A DNA stretch of 64,000 nt from a virus (IMGVR_UViG_3300028048_000107:12254-76253); one strand, 5' to 3'. Positions 28,695-37,702 are shown, counted from the stretch's first letter. Notes: generated from the letters alone by a model not told the origin. Translations and numbers: made by a program.

Positions 28695-28716
28695 ATAACT
28701 CACCCTCACTTTTTAC

Positions 28717-28745
28717 ATAAAACAAAAAGCAAGACATCTTGCCTT
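28717..28745 (-). terminator. intrinsic terminator-like hairpin + T-run downstream of tnpB #1 and its 3' structured RNA
   Basis: Plus strand aaaacaaaaaGCAAGAcaTCTTGCcttgc: on the minus strand a hairpin followed by UUUUUGUUUU. Confidence 0.35.
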
Positions 28746-28769
28746 GCATATTTGTTCTTTGAACACTTC

Positions 28770-30140
28770 CACCACCTATAGAGGCGGGGAATTCCTGATT
28801 CATTGACTAATGCGCCAAAACCTTGGTTTCAGTGTCTTACATAATCTCCAAAGGCGTAGAGGTTATATTTAACCTCAGTTCCCATATGACCTATGGTACT
28901 ATTTGTTTCTCATGCTATATCTTTTGCTTTTGCTAAGATATTTATTGCCGCATTTCTATCTCTATCATGATGTGCTCCACATACAGGACATGTCCAATCT
29001 CGCACAAATAGATTCTTTACTAGTGGATTTTTATAGCCACATTCATGACAAGTTTGACTTGATGGGTAGAATGTAGGTATTTTTACTACTACACCACCAT
29101 GTTCTTTTGCTTTATACTCTAATTTAATAAAGAACTTACCCCATGCTACATCACTTATTGCTTTCGCTAACTTGTGATTCTTTAACATGCCTTTAATATT
29201 TAGCTTCTCAATAGCTATAAAAGCATTATCTTCTGCTAAGTGATAAGTTAATTTATGCTGAAAATCATCTCGTACATTCTTTATTTTTTCATAAATACGA
29301 GCAACTTTTATCCTTTGCTTTTCATATTGTGCTGAACCCTTTTTCTTACGAGCTAATTTTCTTTGAGCACGAGCCAATTTCTTTGCAAATTTAGCAAGTA
29401 TCTTTGGATTCTTTACTACATTACCATTAGTATCTGCATAAAAATCTTTTACTCCTACATCAATACCTATTTCATGTCCATTATTAGAAAGCAATTCTAT
29501 TTCATATTTTACACAAATAGACACATAATATTTATTTGATGCTGTACGAGTAACTGTTGCGCTTACAATTTTTCCTACCAATTCACGAGAAAGCTTGATT
29601 TTCACTCTCCCAATCTTTGGTAATTGAATTGTATTGCCTACAAGTTTAATATTACTACCTACACACTGACTTCTATATTTCTGACAATGTGCATGTTTAG
29701 ATTTAAATTTAGGATACTTAGATATCTTTTTAAAGAATCTATCATATGCTACTTGTAAATCTCGAAGGGAATTTTGAAGTGCCGTACTATCAACTTCATT
29801 AAGCCAGCTATACTCATCATACTTTTTAAGGTCTGTAAGCATAGCATTTGTAGCACTATAATTAACACTTTTATGATTGAATTTCCATTCATCTCTACGA
29901 ATTTGCAAGAAATGATTATAAATAAATCGCTTACAACCAAGAGTTTTATTTATCAATACCCTTTGCTCTTTTGTAGGATAAATTCTATATTTCATACCAC
30001 GAGTAATTTCTACTACCAAAATTCTCACCTCCTAATTATATTGTAACATATGTAAGAAGTAATTGCAAGTAATTCATCTCCCCCCTTCGCTTCGCTTAGA
30101 GGATGGAGGCTTCTTGCCACATTCTGTTAAATAAATTGTC
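28770..30140 (-). mobile_element. TnpB-only IS200/IS605-family element #1 (no tnpA); ends approximate
   Basis: ~200-nt GC-richer structured region 3' of tnpB (28770..28910) with end-hairpin motif ACCTatagAGGcGGGG (28774..28789), related to the hairpins flanking the other two tnpB genes. Confidence 0.35.
28910..30028 (-). CDS. tnpB: TnpB (IS200/IS605 OrfB family RuvC-like nuclease with zinc finger)
   Basis: MKYRIYPTKEQRVLINKTLGCKRFIYN N-terminus; C-terminal CHECGYKNP...CPVCGAHHDRDRNAAINIL ZF + RuvC-III; probable TTG/ATG start a few codons inside the track ORF. Confidence 0.8.
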   Translation of the reverse strand: MRILVVEITRGMKYRIYPTKEQRVLINKTLGCKRFIYNHFLQIRRDEWKFNHKSVNYSATNAMLTDLKKYDEYSWLNEVDSTALQNSLRDLQVAYDRFFKKISKYPKFKSKHAHCQKYRSQCVGSNIKLVGNTIQLPKIGRVKIKLSRELVGKIVSATVTRTASNKYYVSICVKYEIELLSNNGHEIGIDVGVKDFYADTNGNVVKNPKILAKFAKKLARAQRKLARKKKGSAQYEKQRIKVARIYEKIKNVRDDFQHKLTYHLAEDNAFIAIEKLNIKGMLKNHKLAKAISDVAWGKFFIKLEYKAKEHGGVVVKIPTFYPSSQTCHECGYKNPLVKNLFVRDWTCPVCGAHHDRDRNAAINILAKAKDIA

Positions 30141-30354
30141 AATCCTCATTTGGAGTTAATGACTTAACAGTTTCTTCGGCCTGATCATCCACTAAAGCAT
30201 TTGCTCTTTCATAAAGACTAGCAATATAGTCATCTACATCTTCATCTTTAAGATCTTCAACATTAGCATCATAGCCAACCTCGAATTTATAGAATTCATC
30301 CTTAATTTTCATAGTTCTAGAACTAACACAATGTATAGAATTTACTTTTGGCAA
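30139..30354 (-). CDS. hypothetical protein
   Basis: 71 aa, acidic. Confidence 0.35.
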   Translation of the reverse strand: MPKVNSIHCVSSRTMKIKDEFYKFEVGYDANVEDLKDEDVDDYIASLYERANALVDDQAEETVKSLTPNED

Positions 30355-30594
30355 TTAATCCACCTTCTTATCCAAATATACAATTATTAAATTAAGTACA
30401 AATATTGACAATACAAAATCTATTATAGTACCAACAACAGCACAAAAAAGATTACCACTAAAATATGTTTCTACTAGCCAAAGAGTAGACATTGTAATTG
30501 TTGCTACTACTAATGCTATTACTGAAAATACTATAACTACTTGTCCAAGGACTTTAAGCATTTTTAATGTTTCTTTGTATGCATCTTTTATCAT
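30355..30594 (-). CDS. small membrane protein (2 TM)
   Basis: VIVFSVIALVVATITM and IIDFVLSIFVLNLIIVYL hydrophobic segments. Confidence 0.4.
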   Translation of the reverse strand: MIKDAYKETLKMLKVLGQVVIVFSVIALVVATITMSTLWLVETYFSGNLFCAVVGTIIDFVLSIFVLNLIIVYLDKKVD

Positions 30595-30938
30595 TTTTTA
30601 ACCTTCACAAATTTGACAGCCATAGTTTTTTTCTCAATAACACAATCTGCAAATTCAGCACCATCAATTTCACCTGTAGCAATAGAATCTTCCAAAGCTT
30701 CTTCATTTACTACCTCCTTCAGTAGCCATTTTGCATTTAGCTTTTTGACTACTTCTAAAGTTTTTTCTGGATCTAATTTTTGTGATACTCTTTCTTCTAC
30801 AATAGCTTTATATTCATTTCCTTCATATGAACCTACACCTTGAGATTTTACTTCTGCCTTTAACTTATCTACTTCTTTCTTTAAAGCTGTCAATTCAGCA
30901 TTTTTAATAGCAAGCAAGTCAATTTCATTTTCTGACAT
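30591..30938 (-). CDS. hypothetical coiled-coil protein
   Basis: 115 aa; RBS AAAGGAG. Confidence 0.4.
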   Translation of the reverse strand: MSENEIDLLAIKNAELTALKKEVDKLKAEVKSQGVGSYEGNEYKAIVEERVSQKLDPEKTLEVVKKLNAKWLLKEVVNEEALEDSIATGEIDGAEFADCVIEKKTMAVKFVKVKK

Positions 30939-31045
30939 ATATAGTGCTCCTTTAAAAAATCATATTGATTAGACATGGAATAATTCGATAAAGCAATAAT
31001 ATACTGAAAATTCCTAATATAGCTATGACAAGCATAGCCATAAAC

Positions 31046-31528
31046 CTATACAATTTCATACTCATTATCTCTTAATTGATCCTCTACTGATTTTTCATCT
31101 GAACTATATTTAAGTTTATACACTGGATACTTATCTGGTGGCATGTATGGAAATTCTACTGGAACTCTTGATTCTCTACAGGTAAATTTAACCCCATCTG
31201 GTTCAGCAAAAATTCTACCCTCTACATCATAACATTCTCCAGTTTCTCTATTTTTGAATACTGCTGAATATCTTTTATTTTGCCACGTATTACCATCAGG
31301 ATCTAATATGTCTGACCACTCACCATCTTCACCTGTTAATGGTGTTAATGGCTTCCAACTCCAAAGCCTATCTACAAGTGTAATTACAATAGAAGCTGAC
31401 ATATTAGTATGTCCTTGATCTACAAGTGTTTTAAGAACTTCTAATACAGCTTTGTTCATATCATCGCCATAAAAGTCAAAGTTATATCTTTTTAATTCAT
31501 CTTCTGCCCAAGTTAACATATCTGACAT
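31046..31528 (-). CDS. hypothetical protein
   Basis: 160-aa ORF. Confidence 0.4.
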   Translation of the reverse strand: MSDMLTWAEDELKRYNFDFYGDDMNKAVLEVLKTLVDQGHTNMSASIVITLVDRLWSWKPLTPLTGEDGEWSDILDPDGNTWQNKRYSAVFKNRETGECYDVEGRIFAEPDGVKFTCRESRVPVEFPYMPPDKYPVYKLKYSSDEKSVEDQLRDNEYEIV

Positions 31529-31538
31529 AATATATACC

Positions 31539-32423
31539 TCATTTTAAGAAATCAGCACCAAGAATAAATCCACCATTATTACCATTAACTTGTGGCAAAT
31601 TTCCAGACCACTTTTCTATTGCCCTTTGACGTAATACATTTTCGGTTAAAGATTCTTGCAATTTAGCATTGGCTTGTGCTTGTCCTTCTGCTTCAATAAT
31701 AGCAGCATCTGCCTTGCCTTTAGCAGTAACTCTAGCCTTTTCAGCTTCAACTTCTGCCTGTTCCTTCTCAATCTTAGCTTGCTGCAGTGCATTCTGAGCG
31801 TTTACTACATTTTGAATTGCAGTTGCAGTTGCTTCATCAGGAACTACATCTGAAAGATTAAAAGTTTCAATAACAATTCCGTATTCTTCCAAATCATTTC
31901 TAAACGCTTCAAATATCTTTTGATTAATTTCTGGGCGTTTATCTCCAACAAGTTCCATTAAACTATATTGAGAAGTGATATTATTGAGTGCTTCATACAT
32001 AGCATTTTTCATGTAGCCATTTTGAATTGACTCAATATTTTGCCCTCTGAACTTTGCATAAACAGCAGGTAGTTTTTCTACATCCATATGATAAGCATAA
32101 GTAACGGATACATTTACCTGCTTACCATCTTTAGTATTAACATTTACACTCTTATCTACCTTCTTATCATCCTTATCACTACCATCTACAGTATTTTTTG
32201 TATAATATACTGTTTCAGTAGAGATAGGATATTCACTTACATGTTTCCACGGAGCTACAATGTGAAATCCTTGTGATAAAGTTTCGTTTTCAATACCACC
32301 GTCCATATTGTAAACTACACCAGCATATCCAGGGCCAATTCTATTTACACAAGTGAACATACCTACTGAAAAAACAGCCATTCCTGCAAAAATTCCAATA
32401 GCACCAAGATTTTTAATTTCCAT
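31539..32423 (-). CDS. SPFH/band-7 (prohibitin/HflC-K-like) membrane protein
   Basis: N-terminal TM; GYAGVVYNMDGG...GFHIVAPW...NVNTKDGKQVNVSVTYAYHMD SPFH core; C-terminal Ala/Gln/Glu coiled coil. Confidence 0.6.
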   Translation of the reverse strand: MEIKNLGAIGIFAGMAVFSVGMFTCVNRIGPGYAGVVYNMDGGIENETLSQGFHIVAPWKHVSEYPISTETVYYTKNTVDGSDKDDKKVDKSVNVNTKDGKQVNVSVTYAYHMDVEKLPAVYAKFRGQNIESIQNGYMKNAMYEALNNITSQYSLMELVGDKRPEINQKIFEAFRNDLEEYGIVIETFNLSDVVPDEATATAIQNVVNAQNALQQAKIEKEQAEVEAEKARVTAKGKADAAIIEAEGQAQANAKLQESLTENVLRQRAIEKWSGNLPQVNGNNGGFILGADFLK

Positions 32424-32566
32424 GTTAAACTCCTTAAAAAATCTTATTGAAAAATTTCTTTATCTCTCTGCCTACTTCCTTACCATAATGAAAACATAGA
32501 TACGCCCAAATAACAATAAAAGCTATTAAGATACAAAAGAACATTGCTCTCATGTTTAATCAACTC

Positions 32567-33085
32567 TCAATCTAAAATCTCTATTGTAGCATATCGTACA
32601 CCAAATTCATTACATTCAGCTACAGAATTCATAAAAATATCTAATACTCCATCTGTAGCAACTCTGTCTTTTATAACATAAATCTGACCATTATACCGAA
32701 CTCTTGTCCCCAAAGGTAAACCGTTCATAGCTGCACACCCCACATAAGGAACTTCACCATTAGCCATAACACTATTAGGAGTTAAGCCATCATTAAGAGC
32801 GTATGCGCTTACCTTTACTTGCATTGTCCTATAGCTTAATTGTTGTGCCTTTTGTACCTGACCTTTTAACTCTGAAATTTCCTCATTCTTAGATTGAAGG
32901 TCAACTTTTAATTCATTTACATACTCAGCCTGTTTTTTAACAGAAATATCTAATACTTCTATTGCTTGACTTCTTGATTCTAATTTTACTTCTAGTTCTT
33001 TTGTGTGGTTATACCACAATACATTACTTCCAATTAGCATTCCTGCTAAGATTAAACTTCCTACAATTTTCTTTTTCTGAGTCAT
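32567..33085 (-). CDS. membrane-anchored 3D-domain protein (MltA/YocH-like, putative peptidoglycan hydrolase)
   Basis: Start placed at MTQKKKIVGSLILAG (ATG 33085): the track extension contains the -10 of the promoter at 33154..33182. Coiled coil, then C-terminal 3D domain (LPLGTRVRYNGQIYVIKDRVATDGVLDIFM). Confidence 0.5.
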   Translation of the reverse strand: MTQKKKIVGSLILAGMLIGSNVLWYNHTKELEVKLESRSQAIEVLDISVKKQAEYVNELKVDLQSKNEEISELKGQVQKAQQLSYRTMQVKVSAYALNDGLTPNSVMANGEVPYVGCAAMNGLPLGTRVRYNGQIYVIKDRVATDGVLDIFMNSVAECNEFGVRYATIEILD

Positions 33086-33153
33086 TCGCCCGCCAGTCGA
33101 GCAAGTCCTAATGGCTTGCTTTGCTGACTTCCCTCCTTTGATTTGATAAACAT

Positions 33154-33182
33154 AGTATAACACATTTTTAAGCCCCTGTCAA
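33154..33182 (-). promoter_or_regulatory. sigma-A-type promoter (TTGACA-N17-TGtTATACT)
   Basis: tgtcaa 33177..33182; agtata 33154..33159. Confidence 0.5.
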
Positions 33183-33199
33183 GACTTATTTTTAGAAAA

Positions 33200-33499
33200 C
33201 TATTCTTCCCAGCTGACAACCTTTCTCATTGCCTTTGGAAAGTCAGTTGTTTCCTTAACTACAACCTTGAAGTCATCATCCCCAACAATAATATGCCCAC
33301 ATACTGGACACACAAACTTGTTATTATAATTTTGAAGAGACTTTTGCAGGGAATTTACATCCAATCTATCTTCCAAAATATAAGTGAACACATCGTCCAT
33401 ATCAAAATATTTCTTACAGTTAGGACATCTAACCATAGCCCTTAATATTGGTTGAGGTGCATAACTTACAAGTAATTCTAACTTATCCATAAATACCAA
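33200..33499 (-). CDS. zinc-ribbon protein
   Basis: RCPNCKKYFD...CPVCGHII. Confidence 0.4.
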   Translation of the reverse strand: MVFMDKLELLVSYAPQPILRAMVRCPNCKKYFDMDDVFTYILEDRLDVNSLQKSLQNYNNKFVCPVCGHIIVGDDDFKVVVKETTDFPKAMRKVVSWEE

Positions 33500-34049
33500 A
33501 CCTTTCCATATATAAATGAAATTCTACAAATTCTGGGATTGAAATTTCAGACTTCTTTATTACTGCTCTTTCAAATGTATGTTTTGTATTATCTGGAAAT
33601 GTTATAGTAAATACTTGACTGGTTTCTTCCATAGGATAACCTAGTATATTAAAGTATTCTTTAAACATTTTTACTTTTTCTTTTGCTATTTCTTCATATT
33701 CTTTTTTCTTCCATCCTTTTTTCTTTACTAATCCTGCTCGTTTTTTAATAGCAAAAGGATGTGTCTGCCACAGGTCAAAATGTATCTTTATAGTTTTACC
33801 TTCAAGATGTGGAAATTTATCTATAAACTTTTGTGTAGGTTTATAAATCCATACCATTCCTTTTTCTTCACCTATGACTTCATCTAATATAAATTTTGCC
33901 ATTTTATTAGTATGAGAATCTTGTAGCCAAATTACATTTTCTTCTTGCGGATTTCCATAGAAAAGGCTGGGCTTTAAGTGACTAGTATAGCCAGTATAGC
34001 CATTTTTATGCTCTAGCATATGTTTACTGTTAATCACTCTTGATTTCAT
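33483..34049 (-). CDS. hypothetical protein
   Basis: 188 aa, lysine-rich. Confidence 0.4.
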   Translation of the reverse strand: MKSRVINSKHMLEHKNGYTGYTSHLKPSLFYGNPQEENVIWLQDSHTNKMAKFILDEVIGEEKGMVWIYKPTQKFIDKFPHLEGKTIKIHFDLWQTHPFAIKKRAGLVKKKGWKKKEYEEIAKEKVKMFKEYFNILGYPMEETSQVFTITFPDNTKHTFERAVIKKSEISIPEFVEFHLYMERFGIYG

Positions 34050-35766
34050 CTAGTTCTCCTTCCCCTGTTAATAGGAAATTTAATACTTTTTCATCTTTAA
34101 GATCATACTTATGATCCACTAACGCATCTCCAAGAGCACCCTTCCTTTTTACTATTGAGTGAATATTTTCATCTATAGTATGTTTGCAGACAAGTGTGAT
34201 TACAGTTACAGTTTCTGTCTGACCTATTCTATGACATCGATCTTCACACTGAAGTTTTTCGCTGGCACTCCATGATTCATCTAAAAATATTACATTAGAC
34301 GCTTTATTTAATGTCAGCCCAACGCCCATTGCCCCAACTGTACCAACTATAATATGACAATCATCATTTTCATTAAAATATTTAATTTGCCCTTCCCTAT
34401 CCTTTATTTTACCAGTTATTGCGGCTGAAGTCAGGTGATTGTCACTTAGAAATTTTCTGAAATTTGACACTACTGTTTCCCAACAAGAAAATACAATAAC
34501 AGATTCATTTCGTTCAATAATTTCTTGTATTAACTCTAGTGCTCTATCAAACTTAACGGATTCTTTTACAGTACTAGAAAGAATACTAGTATCAGCTGTT
34601 GCTTGTCTAAGTCTTATCATTTGACTAAGTGGATTTATACTTAATTTAATATTATCAATGTCTGCCACAATAGCATTTAAAACATCTTTATATATTTTCT
34701 TTTGCTTTACTGACATATCCAAAAACTCTTCCACATAAATTTTAGGTGGCAATTGTTTTAGTACATCAGCTTTTCTAAGCCTTTTAGACACTGATATAAG
34801 CTTTGCTTGTAATTCATCTAAATGTTTATGCCCCACCACTTGGTAATTTCCGAACCCTCCTAGTATATCATATCTAGACCTAAAATTACTGAAATTTCCT
34901 GTAAATGCTCCTGTAATCTTTAATGGAATATAAAGATCATCTGGTCTATTCATGAGTATAGTACCAGTAAGTAAGTACACATATTTAACATGATTAGTTA
35001 ATCTTAATAATGCCTTTGATTGTTGTGCAGAAGGTGAAACTATTTTATGACTTTCATCTACTACAATACAATTAAATACACCCTTATCCATTAACTTAAC
35101 TAACTTATCTGTAATAGTTTTCTCTCTAATTGACTCAATGTTAGTAACATAAATAGAAACATCATTCTCAAGATTATTTAAATCTTCTAATTTTTCTTTT
35201 GTACCTTTAGTAAGCCATATACCTTTGCTATTCTGTCTATTACCTAAAATTTTACACTTAACTCCTGTTGTATGCTTATTTACTTCATTTTCCCAAGTAT
35301 ACTTAAGCAGGTTCATTGCTGGTAGTATAAGTACTTTATTTATCTGCCCTAGCTCTATTCTTTTTAGTATTGTAGCTATTGTGCAATTAGTTTTTCCAAG
35401 TCCTTGGTCGAGATTATAAATATAACGATCAAAAGCCATTCCTTCATCAAAGGTTTCTTTTTGATATGGATATAATTTAGTAACTAATGCTTTAGGCAAC
35501 TCTATACTATGGTCTACTATTTTTTCTCCATATTTTTTAGGACTTATTGGATCACCGTAAACATCAAATTTCTCTTTTGGCAAAAGCTCTTTTAATTCAG
35601 ATAATGCAGAGTAGTCTAACTCCCACATCTTTTCTTCATTATGCCAATATCTTGGTGTTATTTTTCTTATTGCATCTACGATATTCTGCTTGTATCTAAA
35701 TGTCAAAAATAAACTTTGTTCTATTCCTTTTAATTTTTTTGGTTTTCCATATTTTGCATTAATCAT
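34030..35766 (-). CDS. SNF2-family (RAD54-like) helicase
   Basis: Motif I LDQGLGKTNCTIA, motif II DESHKI, motif III LLTGTILMNRPDDLY, motif VI QCEDRCHRIGQTETV. Confidence 0.75.
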   Translation of the reverse strand: MINAKYGKPKKLKGIEQSLFLTFRYKQNIVDAIRKITPRYWHNEEKMWELDYSALSELKELLPKEKFDVYGDPISPKKYGEKIVDHSIELPKALVTKLYPYQKETFDEGMAFDRYIYNLDQGLGKTNCTIATILKRIELGQINKVLILPAMNLLKYTWENEVNKHTTGVKCKILGNRQNSKGIWLTKGTKEKLEDLNNLENDVSIYVTNIESIREKTITDKLVKLMDKGVFNCIVVDESHKIVSPSAQQSKALLRLTNHVKYVYLLTGTILMNRPDDLYIPLKITGAFTGNFSNFRSRYDILGGFGNYQVVGHKHLDELQAKLISVSKRLRKADVLKQLPPKIYVEEFLDMSVKQKKIYKDVLNAIVADIDNIKLSINPLSQMIRLRQATADTSILSSTVKESVKFDRALELIQEIIERNESVIVFSCWETVVSNFRKFLSDNHLTSAAITGKIKDREGQIKYFNENDDCHIIVGTVGAMGVGLTLNKASNVIFLDESWSASEKLQCEDRCHRIGQTETVTVITLVCKHTIDENIHSIVKRKGALGDALVDHKYDLKDEKVLNFLLTGEGELDEIKSD

Positions 35767-35948
35767 AAATTAAACTTCCTTATCGCAATACTCATTATTC
35801 CTGCTACAAAAGCATTTACAAAAGAAAAATAATGTGTACTGAATATTGTGTCTATACCTAAAAGTAATATTGTTCCTTGTACAAATCCTACAATCATGCT
35901 TGCTATTACTGACGCGAATAATATTCTCATTTCTTTCTCCTCATACAA
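35763..35948 (-). CDS. small membrane protein
   Basis: 61 aa, two hydrophobic helices; RBS GAGGAG. Confidence 0.35.
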   Translation of the reverse strand: MYEEKEMRILFASVIASMIVGFVQGTILLLGIDTIFSTHYFSFVNAFVAGIMSIAIRKFNL

Positions 35949-36071
35949 TTAACACTAACATGTGAACTACTCCCACTTATAAAAGTGGGAGCTTCTAATT
36001 ATCATCGCTTCACTGTCTAAGTATAAAAACTTGTCCTATACGTAGATATATGTGATAACTCCCATTAGACT

Positions 36072-37511
36072 TTAGGACAAGTTCCTTGCCCTTTTTGAAC
36101 GCAAATTAGCTAAAGAAAACTTACTTTGCTTTTCCTCAAATAATTTAGGTTCAATCATAGATATTCCAATATCTCTAATATTCAAAGATGCATTATAATC
36201 TCTATATAGATGTTTACCACAACCGCCACAATCATACTCCTTAATAGCTAAATTTTTAGTCAATGCGTTTATATAACCGCACTCATGGCATTTTTGTGTA
36301 GATTTTTCAAACCTATTTATCTTTACAAAAATCATGCCTTTATGTTTTAGTTTATACTCTAACATTAACCTAAACATACCAAATCCATTGTCTAACAAGT
36401 TTTTAGCTATTTTAAGTGTTTGCGACATTGCTCTTAAATCAATATCTTCTACAGAAACTAGTGCAAATTGCTTTGCTATCCTAAAGGAAAGTACATGTAG
36501 TGCATTCTTCCTTATATTAGCTATCTTCCTATGAAGTTTTTGAATTCTTTTAAGCAACTTTAGGTACGCATTGCTTTGTTTTTCCTTCTTCGCAAGTTTT
36601 TTCTGTAATGCTTTAAGCTTACATTCATTTTTGCGATATGTCTTTTGAAAGGATGCTAATATATTATCTAATAAGGTTTTATCCTTACTGCTAGGAACAC
36701 ATCCACCTTGTTGTGCATAATCTAATCCAAGACATAATTCTTTATGTTCATTCAAATAATCTTTGACTTTACATAAAGTTTCTTTATCATGTTTTAATGT
36801 AACATACTCTTTAGTATATATTACAGTTAAAGACACAGTATATCTATCTTGACCTATTCGCTTAATAACTGCTTTGGTTATTCTGTAATTTTCTGGTAGG
36901 TCACGATGATACCTTAGTTTTATTGGATTCTTTAACTTAGGTATTACAAGCGTCATATACCTACTACTTTCTCCAAGATACTCTTCTAACCTTACTGTAC
37001 CTTTTTGATTATTGGTAGTAAAAGATTGTTCAGAAAAGAATTTAGCTGAAAATTTAGGCATACCTTTTAAATCTCTAAAAGTAAGCTCTTTGCCTATAGT
37101 CTTAACTTGTTTAAGAGCTTTCTTTTTATATTGATTACCTTTAGACACAAATTCATCATTATATTTCTTAATAGAGTTTACAAAATCTAGCCTTACCGCT
37201 GATAAAGCTAATGAATCTACTGCTTTCATATAAGAAAACTTTTCTTTTATAAATTTAACTGTAGGTAAATTCTTTACAAATTCTTTAGGAATATAGCCAC
37301 GCTTAAAATTTATACTTTCAAGATAATCATATAACTGAGCAACAAATATATTATGTAATTGACGTTTACAACCGCAATTTTTATGGATATACTGACATTG
37401 CTCAGTAGTTGGGTATATTTCATAGACATACCCAGCAGTAAACTCTTTTTCTAATTTTTCCAAGAATCCCAATCTTAAAAACTTGTCTTGTAGATTATGC
37501 ACAACATTCAC
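36072..37511 (-). CDS. tnpB: TnpB (IS200/IS605 OrfB family), 479 aa
   Basis: N-terminal YVYEIYPTTEQCQYIHKNCGCKRQLHN; C-terminal KCHECGYINA...CGGCGKHLYRDYNASLNI ZF + RuvC-III; own promoter TTGACA-N17-TAAAAT at 37525..37553 and RBS AAAGGAGG. Confidence 0.75.
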   Translation of the reverse strand: MNVVHNLQDKFLRLGFLEKLEKEFTAGYVYEIYPTTEQCQYIHKNCGCKRQLHNIFVAQLYDYLESINFKRGYIPKEFVKNLPTVKFIKEKFSYMKAVDSLALSAVRLDFVNSIKKYNDEFVSKGNQYKKKALKQVKTIGKELTFRDLKGMPKFSAKFFSEQSFTTNNQKGTVRLEEYLGESSRYMTLVIPKLKNPIKLRYHRDLPENYRITKAVIKRIGQDRYTVSLTVIYTKEYVTLKHDKETLCKVKDYLNEHKELCLGLDYAQQGGCVPSSKDKTLLDNILASFQKTYRKNECKLKALQKKLAKKEKQSNAYLKLLKRIQKLHRKIANIRKNALHVLSFRIAKQFALVSVEDIDLRAMSQTLKIAKNLLDNGFGMFRLMLEYKLKHKGMIFVKINRFEKSTQKCHECGYINALTKNLAIKEYDCGGCGKHLYRDYNASLNIRDIGISMIEPKLFEEKQSKFSLANLRSKRARNLS

Positions 37512-37524
37512 CTCCTTTATAGAT

Positions 37525-37553
37525 ATTTTAACATATCTTTAGGGTTTTGTCAA
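37525..37553 (-). promoter_or_regulatory. sigma-A-type promoter for tnpB #2 (TTGACA-N17-TAAAAT)
   Basis: Plus-strand tgtcaa 37548..37553 and atttta 37525..37530; RBS and ATG follow. Confidence 0.5.
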
Positions 37554-37702
37554 TCCTCACCTCTATAGGTAGGGGATTGACTTGCTGATAAATTTACTTC
37601 ATCAACTTCTTCTATAATTTTAATAATATCTTCTTTTGACATTTCTTCCAACCCTTAACGACAGTTTCTTTCCATTCTTGTGTCAACATAATTATCTCAT
37701 TT

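Larger units (their letters stand above)
35985..37580 (-). mobile_element. TnpB-only IS200/IS605-family element #2; ends approximate
   Basis: 5' end hairpin ACCTctatAGGTaGGGGATTG (37559..37578), same layout as the IStron end hairpin; perfect palindrome CTCCCACTTataaaAGTGGGAG (35985..36006) 3' of tnpB as candidate right end. Confidence 0.3.

Noticed and set aside
29749-29940. 63-aa minus-strand ORF inside tnpB #1
   Set aside because: Fully nested in a different frame of a gene with clear TnpB motifs; no RBS.
30028-30140. TTGACA at ~30128 upstream of tnpB #1 as a promoter
   Set aside because: No acceptable -10 hexamer at a 16-18 nt spacing. The shared 13-mer TTGTCAATCCTCA with the tnpB #2 upstream region may instead reflect related IS left ends.
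33086-33163. N-terminal 26 codons of the track ORF 32567..33163
   Set aside because: They include the promoter -10 and the GC-rich leader; the signal-anchor-like MTQKKKIVGSLILAG is the plausible start.
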